Part shown: piece after piece, positions 1-8,799 of the stretch
How the letters are laid out: each line of letters opens with the position of its first letter
Numbering within the stretch: the first letter of the stretch is position 1
Assembly (NCBI RefSeq): GCF_034530815.1
Contig: NZ_JAVRCK010000006.1
Span: 8,988-72,987 of the forward strand
Length of the DNA: 64,000 nt
Source: Nostoc sp. DedSLP03
GTDB lineage: Bacteria > Cyanobacteriota > Cyanobacteriia > Cyanobacteriales > Nostocaceae
Direction of reading: 5' to 3'
Notes under the pieces: generated by a model
Told to the model about the DNA's origin: nothing
Databases searched by the model: none
Seen by the model: only the letters and a program-made list of their open reading frames with translations
Program-made: the position numbers and the translations under genes

Positions 1-124
1 GTGTAGGATTGATAAATATTAATTTTCCGGCTTTTGCTAATGAACAATGCATTTGGTAGCTGGCAAGAATGGCTAACAGTATTCATCTATTTAGGTTTTA
101 CCGTCTTCATTATCTGGCGCGTGT

Positions 125-448
125 TTACCGTCGAGAAGAATTAAAAAAGCTGCATATCATCTCACCAGGATCTTTTTGCTCAAAAGGCAAAACAGTCCCA
201 GTTTGTTGAACCTTGACTCGTTCGCGACAATTGTAAACCTCTGTAGGTCTTTTTATGCCATCTACGCTAACAATTGCTTTGTATTCCCAATAATTTTTGG
301 CACTTCGGCTGATACTGAGAATGCAAATCTGGTGGCGTAGACCGTCGTAGACAGAGTAATTACGGCATACAGATGCAAAAGCCGGATATACCACAGAGAA
401 AGGTAGTATTAATAGCAACATAAATATTATGTATTTAATCCTGCTCAT
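125..448 (-). CDS. hypothetical small secreted protein
   Basis: 107-aa ORF with a signal-like hydrophobic N-terminus (IIFMLLLILPFSVVYPAFA) and several Cys. No family recognised. Confidence 0.4.
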   Translation of the reverse strand: MSRIKYIIFMLLLILPFSVVYPAFASVCRNYSVYDGLRHQICILSISRSAKNYWEYKAIVSVDGIKRPTEVYNCRERVKVQQTGTVLPFEQKDPGEMICSFFNSSRR

Positions 449-972
449 AAAAATTTTTTAACATTATTTGGAAATATTATTAAATTTTTCGACCTTTTGA
501 GTTGATTCAATTACTTTTCCTAAGTTTGACAGACCAGAGATCGCAACTCCATAGCACACAAAGCATGAGAGCAACAGCAAAAAAGCTCACAATGCTTTAT
601 GTGCTATTTTCCGTTAAAGTTTACTAAGCTCAATTGAACCATACCCAAACGCCTTTTTTACTTTGAGGATCAACATCTAGTACAACACGGCTGACATAAA
701 CCACACATTCCAAATAAATGAAGCAGTTATACTGTATACCTGTTTGAATGCGTGAATACTTCGACAAGCTCAGTACAAGTTTTAAATTTTGAATTCCGCC
801 TTGCAGTAGTAGTGCGTTTGTTCATGTACCATACCCTAATACCAATTTGTAATATCCTGTGGTAAACCGCACTTAGTGCGTCTATTCAATTGAGAAAGTC
901 AGATTACATCTGGCTGGGTTCCCACCATTTGTATCTGTAGTCTAATTTTGGAAAATTGACATAACAACAAAT

Positions 973-1779
973 GTGCAAAAAAAGTCAGTCGTAAGGACGA
1001 TAAAATTGCAACCAAAAACAAAATTTGAGCAATCTGGGATTACACGCTGTTTTGCAGCAATACTGCTCTTTGGTCAAGTGTGGCTACATTTACTCCAAGG
1101 GAAAACCTACTATCGCAAGATTTTGCAACATCTTGTTACCGCTGGGCCAGGTTCTATCTCTCCAGTTCTCCTTGTCAGCGGTTTTGCCGGAATGATTTTT
1201 ACTATTCAAACAGCGAGAGAATTAGTACGATTTGGCGCTGTTGATGCAGTGGGAGGTGCTTTTGCCTTAGCTTTTTGTAGAGAATTAGCTCCAATTTTGA
1301 CAGCTAGTATTATGGCGGGACAAGTAGGTTCTGCTTTTGCAGCGGAAATAGGTGCAATGCGAGTCACCGAACAAATTGATGCACTTTATATGCTCAAAAC
1401 CGATCCAATTGATTATCTAGTACTTCCTAGAGTAATTGCTTGTTGTTTGATGGTGCCTTTGATGACGATTTTGGCTTTAGTTACAGGCATCATTGGCGGA
1501 GTTTTTGCCGCATCAAAGTTCTACCAAATTATTCCCGAAACATTTTTAGAATCAGTCAGAAATTTTTTAGAACCGTCAGATTTGTTTATTATTTTGCTAA
1601 AAGGGTTTATTTTTGGAGTGCTGGTTGCTGTCATTGGCTGTAGTTGGGGTTTAACTACTAAAGGGGGAGCAAAGGAAGTAGGAGAATCAGCAACAAAAGC
1701 AGTTGTTACTAGTTGGGTATCCATTTTTATTATGGATTTTTTCCTATCTCTACTGCTGTTTGAACAGCCTGCATTTTGA
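973..1779 (+). CDS. mlaE: MlaE/TGD1-family ABC transporter permease
   Basis: 268-aa polytopic ORF with a near-consensus MlaE core (GQVGSAFAAEIGAMRVTEQIDALYMLKTDPIDYLVLPRV; GCSWGLTTKGGAKEVGESATKAVV). GTG start per ORF track; exact start uncertain. Confidence 0.85.
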   Translation: MQKKSVVRTIKLQPKTKFEQSGITRCFAAILLFGQVWLHLLQGKTYYRKILQHLVTAGPGSISPVLLVSGFAGMIFTIQTARELVRFGAVDAVGGAFALAFCRELAPILTASIMAGQVGSAFAAEIGAMRVTEQIDALYMLKTDPIDYLVLPRVIACCLMVPLMTILALVTGIIGGVFAASKFYQIIPETFLESVRNFLEPSDLFIILLKGFIFGVLVAVIGCSWGLTTKGGAKEVGESATKAVVTSWVSIFIMDFFLSLLLFEQPAF

Positions 1780-1928
1780 ACCCAAGTAAGTATTGAACAA
1801 AATTCCCGACTTTTTCAGAAATTGGGAATTTGAGCTACACAGGAAATTGTAGGTAGGTAAATAATGCTGCTTCTAAAGGATTGGCGCAACCCAACCCAAG
1901 TATGGCTTACTTTTTCGGGTATAGTTCA

Positions 1929-2375
1929 TCACGTTAACAGAATATGGGAATATATAAACTTGTAGATTAGCGCACCCAAAGCTAAACCTCCCAATGAAAA
2001 GATAGAGGCAGTCAAAAAAGCTAACCCTTTTCTAAGACCCGCTCTTTGAAAGTCTATCCTGACTAATATAGTCGCTGAAATAATGAGTAAAGTATCAAGA
2101 AATATCCGAAACCAGGCAATCATAATAAAGAATAAGAAAGCTGCTAAAACGGCAACAGCAAAAGCCCTGGTATTTGATTGCAGAAAAATATTGTAGTAAT
2201 ATGTCATCTTTGGCCAAGGAGCGGTCAACGTTATGATTAAAAGCAAGATAGCAATTACAGTTGCCACCCACACAAATATAGGAGCACGTGTTTCTGATAT
2301 TACCCAGCCCAAAGTACTGTAACTCAGCAGTACTAGTGCTAGGGACACCCAAGGAACTCTTTTCAAAATTGACAT
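1929..2375 (-). CDS. hypothetical integral membrane protein
   Basis: 148-aa ORF with about four hydrophobic helices. No recognisable family. Confidence 0.45.
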   Translation of the reverse strand: MSILKRVPWVSLALVLLSYSTLGWVISETRAPIFVWVATVIAILLLIITLTAPWPKMTYYYNIFLQSNTRAFAVAVLAAFLFFIMIAWFRIFLDTLLIISATILVRIDFQRAGLRKGLAFLTASIFSLGGLALGALIYKFIYSHILLT

Positions 2376-2760
2376 GGGTTTATATTTCTAGTACAGGGTT
2401 AAGGTCTTATCGCATAAATAAGTTTACTAACTCAAGACTTTATTTTGCTTGAGGATTTGCTTAGTTTACGATCGTTGTCCTTCCTTAAGCATATCCCAGT
2501 ATCAAAGGAGTTGTTTACGATACGGGTATTAGTGAGATCGCAAACCAGAAGTTCTTACAGATAAAATTATGTAGATTTTGAATTTATGACTTAAACTAGA
2601 AAGTTTAGCATCATATTTTTATAGCTTCAATCAATAGACTTTTATGCTATTTACCAGAAAGCCAAACAAGTTTGTCGAGAATTGCGGTACAAAGTAGTTA
2701 AAGATTTGTAAACTGTTAGCAGCCGAGTCACCGCGTGTCACATCTTGTTAAGGAATTATC

Positions 2761-3669
2761 ATGAAACAATTTATTATTGCTGAACGCGTATGCCTCATTG
2801 GTCATATCGCGTCAAAAGCCTTTGGACTGGTAGGGATGCTACTGGTAGTACCTAATGCCGAAATAATTTTCAACTTATCGCAGGTAGGAGAAACTGCCGT
2901 ACAGTTAAGTATGGCTGGCGGCGGTGTAGTTGATATCATCTTAGGGACAGTAGCTGTCTCTATTTATGCCTACCGGACTTTGGGATTCGGAGCTTGGTTA
3001 GCATTTATGCTACCAGCTATGTTTATCTCTTTGGGGAGCGAACTACTGGGAACTAGTACAGGGTTTCCATTTGGCGATTATAGCTACTTGAGTGGCTTGG
3101 GTTATAAAATTGGAGGGCTAGTTCCTTTCACAATTCCTTTATCTTGGTTTTATGTTGGGCTGTCGTCTTACTTAATTGCGAGAACTGGTTTGAAAGTGGC
3201 TCAAAAACCCAGTTGGGGTCGCCATATTGCTGCGATCGCCGTTGGTGCTTTGCTCTTCACTTGCTGGGACTTTGCCCTTGAACCTGCTATGAGTCAAACT
3301 TCTCTGCCCTTCTGGTATTGGAAACAACCAGGAGATTTCTTTGGAACACCTTACCAGAACTATGTAGGTTGGTTTGGTACTAGCGCTCTGTTTATGAGTG
3401 TGACAGGATTATTGTGGAGAAATACCTCGATTCAATTAGAGCGATCGCAACTAAATTTGCCTTTAGTCGTTTATTTAACTAACTTTGCATTCGCCGCTGG
3501 ACTCGGTTTGGCCGCTGGATTCTTTATCCCTGTGTTACTTGGCTTATTGCTAGGTGTAATTCCGGCTATGGTGCTGTGGTCAAGGAGTTCAACCACATCG
3601 GCTCAAGTTACTGTTGAACCAGTAACCAAAGAAGTATCAGTAGCAAAGGTTGAAGTTGCCTTGAAATAA
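2761..3669 (+). CDS. cruF: carotenoid biosynthesis membrane protein, CruF-like (gamma-carotene 1'-hydroxylase family, DUF422)
   Basis: 302-aa polytopic ORF with a DUF422-type signature (GFPFGDYSY...GLVPFTIPLSWF). It lies directly upstream of a GT2 gene, the cruF-cruG arrangement known for myxol-glycoside synthesis. Confidence 0.7.
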   Translation: MKQFIIAERVCLIGHIASKAFGLVGMLLVVPNAEIIFNLSQVGETAVQLSMAGGGVVDIILGTVAVSIYAYRTLGFGAWLAFMLPAMFISLGSELLGTSTGFPFGDYSYLSGLGYKIGGLVPFTIPLSWFYVGLSSYLIARTGLKVAQKPSWGRHIAAIAVGALLFTCWDFALEPAMSQTSLPFWYWKQPGDFFGTPYQNYVGWFGTSALFMSVTGLLWRNTSIQLERSQLNLPLVVYLTNFAFAAGLGLAAGFFIPVLLGLLLGVIPAMVLWSRSSTTSAQVTVEPVTKEVSVAKVEVALK

Positions 3670-3682
3670 GTTTAGTAATTAG

Positions 3683-3733
3683 GGAGTCGGGAGTGGGGAG
3701 GCAGAGGGAGCAGAGGAGCAGAGGAGCAGAGGT
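3683..3733. repeat. purine-rich octamer tandem repeat (GGAGCAGA-like, ~4 units)
   Basis: Direct reading gives ggaggcagagggagcagaggagcagaggagcagagg. The complementary cccctctgctcc lies ~30 nt downstream, so a hairpin is possible. Confidence 0.8.
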
Positions 3734-3770
3734 GAAGTTGCACTAAGTCTTTCCCCTCTGCTCCTATATC

Positions 3771-3831
3771 CAATCCCATGCCCAATGCCCAATGCCCCAT
3801 AGCCAATGACTAATGACTAATGACTAATGAC
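3771..3831. repeat. STRR-type heptamer tandem array (ATGCCCA / ATGACTA units)
   Basis: Period-7 array caatccc atgccca atgccca atgcccc atagcca atgacta atgacta atgacta. It contains the cruG start codon. Confidence 0.9.
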
Positions 3832-5052
3832 AACGCTTTGATAGTAGAAAACGCTATCTCTCTTTTATTGCTACTTATCCAAGTACCAGCAACGGCGATT
3901 CTGTTTTCGCGCCTATTAAAAGGGCCAAGACGCCATCCTCCAATAGAACCCCAACAACCGACACCTGAGCTTTTGGGTAAGGTTAGCGTCGTCGTTCCCA
4001 CACTGAACGAGGCGCTTCGCATTAGCCCTCTGTTGGCTGGTTTAAGTCAGCAAAGCTATGAAGTTCGGGAAATTATGGTTGTAGACAGTAAATCCAGTGA
4101 TGGCACCCCCGATTTAGTTAAAGCCTCACAGCAGAAAGATCCCCGCTTTCGCCTGATGACAGATGATCCCTTACCCTCTGGTTGGGTGGGGCGTCCTTGG
4201 GCATTGCATAACGGTTTTCTATATAGTTCAGAGGCTAGTCAGTGGTTCTTGGGGCTGGATGCTGATATCCAACCGCATCCTGGTTTAGTTGCTGGGTTGT
4301 TAAAGACGGCCGAAGCACAGGGCTACGATTTGGTTTCTCTTTCACCCCAATTCATCCTCAAATATCCTGGGGAATGCTGGCTACAACCGGCTTTGTTGAT
4401 GACTTTGCTTTACCGATTCGATCCAGCGGGGATCAATACAGAGCAACCAGAACGGGTAATGGCAAATGGGCAGTGTTTTTTGTGTCGTCGCTCCGTTTTA
4501 GCTGCTGTAGGTGGTTATAGCAGCGCGAGTAATTCTTTTTGTGATGATGTCACGTTGGCACGCAATATCGCTATCCAAGGTTATAAGGTGGGCTTTTTAG
4601 ATGGCGCAAAGGTATTAAAGGTAAGGATGTATGAAGGGGCGATGGAGACGTGGAAAGAATGGGGGCGGAGTCTCGATCTTAAAGATGCAACTTCTCGCTC
4701 TCAGTTGTGGGGAGATTTATGGCTACTCGCATCTGTTCAAGGTCTACCCTTTTTAATTGTCCTGACTTTTTTGTTGATTTCTCCCCCACTCTCCTACTTG
4801 CTACAGACGCGATTAATCGCGTCTCTACCCACTCCCGCACTCCTGCTGCTGGGACTGAATTTATTCCTATTAGTGATTCGCTTTGCGATGCTAATAGCGA
4901 TCGCACCTTCTTACGATCGCACAAACGCTAAAGGTAGCTGGTTATTTTGGCTTTCCCCTTTAGCCGATCCCTTAGCTGTGCTACGAATCTTTTTATCTGC
5001 ATTCGGCACCCCGCGCGAGTGGCGAGGACGCAAGTATAGTGCTGAGTTATGA
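3820..5052 (+). CDS. cruG: family-2 glycosyltransferase, CruG-like (myxol 2'-O-glycosyltransferase family)
   Basis: 410-aa ORF with an N-terminal TM segment, a GT-A core (VSVVVPTLNEA...VVDSKSSDGT...LGLDADI) and C-terminal TM segments. Adjacent to the cruF-like gene. Confidence 0.65.
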   Translation: MTNDNALIVENAISLLLLLIQVPATAILFSRLLKGPRRHPPIEPQQPTPELLGKVSVVVPTLNEALRISPLLAGLSQQSYEVREIMVVDSKSSDGTPDLVKASQQKDPRFRLMTDDPLPSGWVGRPWALHNGFLYSSEASQWFLGLDADIQPHPGLVAGLLKTAEAQGYDLVSLSPQFILKYPGECWLQPALLMTLLYRFDPAGINTEQPERVMANGQCFLCRRSVLAAVGGYSSASNSFCDDVTLARNIAIQGYKVGFLDGAKVLKVRMYEGAMETWKEWGRSLDLKDATSRSQLWGDLWLLASVQGLPFLIVLTFLLISPPLSYLLQTRLIASLPTPALLLLGLNLFLLVIRFAMLIAIAPSYDRTNAKGSWLFWLSPLADPLAVLRIFLSAFGTPREWRGRKYSAEL

Positions 5053-5115
5053 GTTATGAGTTATGAATTTTTAACTCCTCACTCCTAACTCCTCACTCCT
5101 CACTTCCTACTCCTC
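5044..5115. repeat. STRR-type heptamer arrays (GAGTTAT x3, then ACTCCTC/AACTCCT units) between convergent genes
   Basis: Direct reading. The two arms are partly complementary. They overlap the last codons of cruG and of the RNase H gene. Confidence 0.8.
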
Positions 5116-6015
5116 TTCACCTCCTACTTGATCCCCGCGTTCCAATTCCCAAAGAATTTGATTTCCTTCACGGCGTACCCGTGACACTATCCAATTTCGC
5201 CAGCGCCATTGATCTCCACGACTGGTGACGGCACTGGCGTGGACATCCATCAAGTCTGCTAACTCAGAACTGGTGATTAAGTAGCCTTTTTCAGAAATTT
5301 CGTCAGCTATACGCAGAGTTTCGACCAAGCTGCGGAGTTGCGAAACCCTCATTTCTAGCGGTTTTTCATCGGTCACGGCCGCAGTTGGCCCAGTTGATGG
5401 TTCCATAAAGGTTATTTCTGGTGCAAAAGTACTGATTTGTTGGGGATTTTGGTTAGTTATTCGAGAGTTTTTTTCATAATCAGCTACTTTTGCTACATTT
5501 AGTTGATTTTGGGAAGGTAAAGATTTATGAAAATCTGTAAAAGATAATTGTTGTAGTGAAGGAATTTTACCACTGGCATAAGTGCGAGCGATCGCATCAC
5601 AACGTTCGTTACCTATGTTACCAGAATGTCCCCGAACGTATTGCCATTTTACTTGTTGGGTATTGAGTTCATCTAAGGTTTCTAAAAGGTCTTGGTTTTG
5701 GACGGGTTTACCATCTGACTTTTTCCAGCCTTTGTTTTTCCAGCCTTTCACCCACTTGGTAACACAGTTAATCAGGTATTCGCTATCGGTATGAAGCGTG
5801 ATGGGTTGAGCTTGTTGAGATGTTTGCAGAAATTGAAGGGCGGCGATCGCAGCTTGCATCTCCATTTTATTATTAGTGGTATGAGGGGATGCATCGCCCA
5901 TTTCGTGGATTGAGCCGTCGCTGAAGTAGACGACAACACCCCAACCGCCAGGGCCAGGATTACCGGTGCAAGCACCATCGGTGTATATGCTTTGAATTAT
6001 GGGTTGGGTGGACAT
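5107..6015 (-). CDS. rnhA: ribonuclease HI with a long C-terminal extension
   Basis: RNase H signature (IYTDGAC.GNPGPGGWG, NNKMEMQA, TDSEY, GHSGNIGNERCD). ATG at 6015 is preferred over the TTG at 6042. About 150 extra C-terminal residues. Confidence 0.85.
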   Translation of the reverse strand: MSTQPIIQSIYTDGACTGNPGPGGWGVVVYFSDGSIHEMGDASPHTTNNKMEMQAAIAALQFLQTSQQAQPITLHTDSEYLINCVTKWVKGWKNKGWKKSDGKPVQNQDLLETLDELNTQQVKWQYVRGHSGNIGNERCDAIARTYASGKIPSLQQLSFTDFHKSLPSQNQLNVAKVADYEKNSRITNQNPQQISTFAPEITFMEPSTGPTAAVTDEKPLEMRVSQLRSLVETLRIADEISEKGYLITSSELADLMDVHASAVTSRGDQWRWRNWIVSRVRREGNQILWELERGDQVGGEEE

Positions 6016-6131
6016 GTTTAGAGTATCAAACCGCGAAGGCAAGAGTTATTAGCGGCGAGTTTTTTAACAATATCCAGGCTATTATACTGATAAAAACTCT
6101 TAATTCTGACTCCTGACTTCGGAATTCTTCT

Positions 6132-6386
6132 TTAATCCTCATCATCAGGCAAATTTTCCATTTCTTCAGTAATTAGCGTCTGAAAATCTTCGTCACAATG
6201 ATTATACAGATGAACCGCAGCAGCTAGGAGTTCTGCTAGAATTTCAGCTTGTTGGTTCGCAGTCAAACTAGTTAACTGTAGCTGGTTAATTAAGGCTTGT
6301 ACTTTCAGGCATTCTATACCTAATTCAGCAATCAAGGTACTAAGGGTTGAATTGGTTATTGCAAGAGGGCGATCGCTAATCTGCAT
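6132..6386 (-). CDS. hypothetical small acidic protein
   Basis: 84-aa ORF with an acidic C-terminus (EEMENLPDDED). Its ATG lies 2 nt after the stop of the upstream small reading frame, suggesting an operon with the M50-like gene. Confidence 0.4.
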   Translation of the reverse strand: MQISDRPLAITNSTLSTLIAELGIECLKVQALINQLQLTSLTANQQAEILAELLAAAVHLYNHCDEDFQTLITEEMENLPDDED

Positions 6387-6388
6387 AT

Positions 6389-6578
6389 TTATTGTCCCAA
6401 TCTTTTACGCGCTTGTTGGATTGCCTTGTCAAAAGCACGAATCTCTTTTTCCCAATGCTTAATTAGACCTTCGTCAGCAAAACTCTTTTCTGATTCCAGT
6501 CTAATCTTTTCTTGATGTTCGTTCAGTAATTCTTTTAGCTAAAGATTCAATTGCCTTTTGATGGTGCTTTTTACCCAT
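6389..6578 (-). pseudogene. small coiled-coil ORF (~62 aa) interrupted by a +1 frameshift in an A4 run
   Basis: The ATG at 6576-6578 overlaps the stop of the upstream gene (TAATG). Frame 0 stops after 25 codons. Removing one A from the AAAA run (plus-strand TTTT 6533-6536) gives MGKKHHQKAIESLAKELLNEHQEKIRLESEKSFADEGLIKHWEKEIRAFDKAIQQARKRLGQ. The span is 190 nt, not a multiple of 3. Confidence 0.45.
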
Positions 6579-7321
6579 TACTCTGAACGATAAGCAACGC
6601 GGAGACTTTGGATCAAAATCACCAGAGATGCGATCGCCATTAACCCGCCCCAAAACCAGTAAGGTAAAAGCAAATATCGCTGCATTTGCGCTGTATCAGA
6701 AATTCCAAGAGGCCCAGCAGAACTACTAAATAGATAATCAAGTTGATGGTACGTACTTACACAAGCTTGTACGCCCAGAAATTGAATCACAAACCCTTGC
6801 GCCCAGCGAGGTGCTCTTAGGGCAATACCTAAGATTATTAAACCCAGTAAAGGAATTGCTACTAATCCAAACCAGGAACGCACCCAAATTAATGTGGACA
6901 ACAGCAAAAAACTTCCTAAAATTTTCAAACAGAGGGTAGCTGCTCTAAAACTGCGGGAAGCCAGAATTAAAGCTGCACCGGCAAGAGGCGGCCCCATTGG
7001 CCCGGCTGCGGCAATTATTGCTGGGATAATTGGCCCCAATGACGACCGGATGCCGTAAGTTGCGACACCAGAACCATTGCTAAAAATCTGCAACTTCTGA
7101 AATTGTCCCCCTAATAGCAGTGCCATTAAACCGTGACCCATTTCATGAAACCAAGTTGCCAGAATTGTAAATGGGTATAAGATATAATCTCCTCCTGGTA
7201 CTTGCCACAACAAAGCAGTTGCGATCGCTGCTCCAACTAGCCAGGTTAGCCCCATACGCTCAACAACTAACGGGGCTTCTTTAGTCAGCAAGGGTTCAAA
7301 ATTTTTGTTTGATTTCCTCAT
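6578..7321 (-). CDS. M50-like integral membrane zinc metallopeptidase
   Basis: 247-aa polytopic ORF with an HExxH motif in a TM context (WFHEMGHGLMALLLGG). Confidence 0.7.
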   Translation of the reverse strand: MRKSNKNFEPLLTKEAPLVVERMGLTWLVGAAIATALLWQVPGGDYILYPFTILATWFHEMGHGLMALLLGGQFQKLQIFSNGSGVATYGIRSSLGPIIPAIIAAAGPMGPPLAGAALILASRSFRAATLCLKILGSFLLLSTLIWVRSWFGLVAIPLLGLIILGIALRAPRWAQGFVIQFLGVQACVSTYHQLDYLFSSSAGPLGISDTAQMQRYLLLPYWFWGGLMAIASLVILIQSLRVAYRSE

Positions 7322-7331
7322 AGGTTACTCA

Positions 7332-7365
7332 ATTTTAGATTTTAGATTTTAGATTTTAGATTTTG
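7332..7365. repeat. heptamer tandem repeat (TTTTAGA x ~4.5)
   Basis: Direct reading: ttttagattttagattttagattttagatttt. Degenerate copies continue to ~7430. Confidence 0.85.
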
Positions 7366-7672
7366 GAATTAAGATTATCCCCCGATTAATTCGTGGGGCA
7401 TTCAATTTTGGATTTTAGATTATAGATTATTCCTTCAATTTAATATTGAGAGTATATTTTCATCTATCCTAGTGTAATTATTGAGGTATTAGGGTTGCTG
7501 AGGAATGCAACAATTCGCACTTCAAAGCGACGGCTGTAAACTATGGCGCTATCAAGAACAACATAGCCATCCGTCGCTTGTATGATACGGTTCAAGTGTT
7601 TATCCTCCAAAATGGATGCCGGAGGATGGGCATAAAATACTTAGACCGATGTCACAATTGAGTGATAATCAG

Positions 7673-8554
7673 TTAAGCAAGTTGAAACAGGAATGTCATT
7701 AAGTCTCCTTTACCCAAGCTGATGCGATCGCCTGGTCGCAAGCGATGACGGTTCCCTGGTAAAAGTGGCAAATTATTAATGTAAGTGCCATTAGAACTTC
7801 CTACATCCTCTACATAATGGGCATCTCCCTCGACGCGAATATCTGCATGAATCCGCGAGACAATTTCGGAATTAGGAAATCCTGAAACATCTATATCTGG
7901 AGGAATCCGGTCATTAGGCTTGCCGATATGAATCACAGAGAAATTTTGCGGCAATTCAATTAAGCGATCGCTTTGAACGTGGATTAACCGCGCTGTAACC
8001 TGCTGCAATTGCGTTCTGGCAGCAGTTGCAGTTGGTGCTGGTGCTGCTGGCTCTTTTGCTTCGGCTTGGGAGGCTGGTGCTGGCTCCACAGGTGGTGGAG
8101 TCGGAATACTACTTTGTCCAAAGACTACGGGTTGAGCGACAACGGTTGACACCGGTTCTGGAGGACTGCTTTCTGCAACAGGTATCTGTGGCACAGGTTC
8201 TGGGGGAACTGCCATCTCTGTTGGTGGTAAAGATGATTCCGGAGGATGGGAGTTAGTAGATTTACCCATTCCCAAAGCATCTGGTTGTAAAAGTTCTAAC
8301 AGTGGATCGGGTGTAACTAACGCTGGCACTTCCACGGGAATATCGGGAGTAACTGTTGTAGCTACTGCGGGATGAACGTGTGGAACACCTGCGGAGTGAA
8401 GGTTATAGCCACACTGACCACAGAATGCAGCATCTGCCTGCACAGTTGCCCCACAACTGGGACAATTAGTAGTCGCAGGTAATGGTGTATAACAAGCTTC
8501 ACATTGGACAGCGCCGTCAGGGTTGGGATGATTGCAATTAGGGCAGACGATCAT
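7673..8554 (-). CDS. FHA domain protein with N-terminal double zinc-ribbon and Pro-rich linker
   Basis: N-terminus CPNCNHPNP..CEAC...CPSCGATV...CGQCG. C-terminus is FHA-like (SRIHADIRVEGDAHYVEDVGSSNGTYINN...GDRISLG). Confidence 0.8.
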   Translation of the reverse strand: MIVCPNCNHPNPDGAVQCEACYTPLPATTNCPSCGATVQADAAFCGQCGYNLHSAGVPHVHPAVATTVTPDIPVEVPALVTPDPLLELLQPDALGMGKSTNSHPPESSLPPTEMAVPPEPVPQIPVAESSPPEPVSTVVAQPVVFGQSSIPTPPPVEPAPASQAEAKEPAAPAPTATAARTQLQQVTARLIHVQSDRLIELPQNFSVIHIGKPNDRIPPDIDVSGFPNSEIVSRIHADIRVEGDAHYVEDVGSSNGTYINNLPLLPGNRHRLRPGDRISLGKGDLMTFLFQLA

Positions 8555-8676
8555 CGATATTTAGCCTTTGTTCAAGATCATCATAAATATAGTTAGGACT
8601 GGCAAGCAGAGGGCGGCCCTAGCTTTAGATTCTAGCAATTACTGCTAATGGAACAATAAATTGGACACTCTTACAC

Positions 8677-8787
8677 GGGGAAGGGGAGCAGAGGGGCAGG
8701 GGAGAAATCAATTCAAAATTCAAAATTCAAAATTCAAAATTCAAACATTGTACAACTTCTGCCTCCTGCCTCCTCTTTCCCAATGCC
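8677..8787 (+). repeat. composite dispersed repeat, copy A (purine-rich arm, CAAAATT heptamers, pyrimidine-rich arm)
   Basis: Alignable by eye over ~90 nt to the reverse complement of 10624-10713, with a 16-nt internal duplication and one extra heptamer. Confidence 0.8.
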
Positions 8788-8799
8788 CAATTCCCAAGT

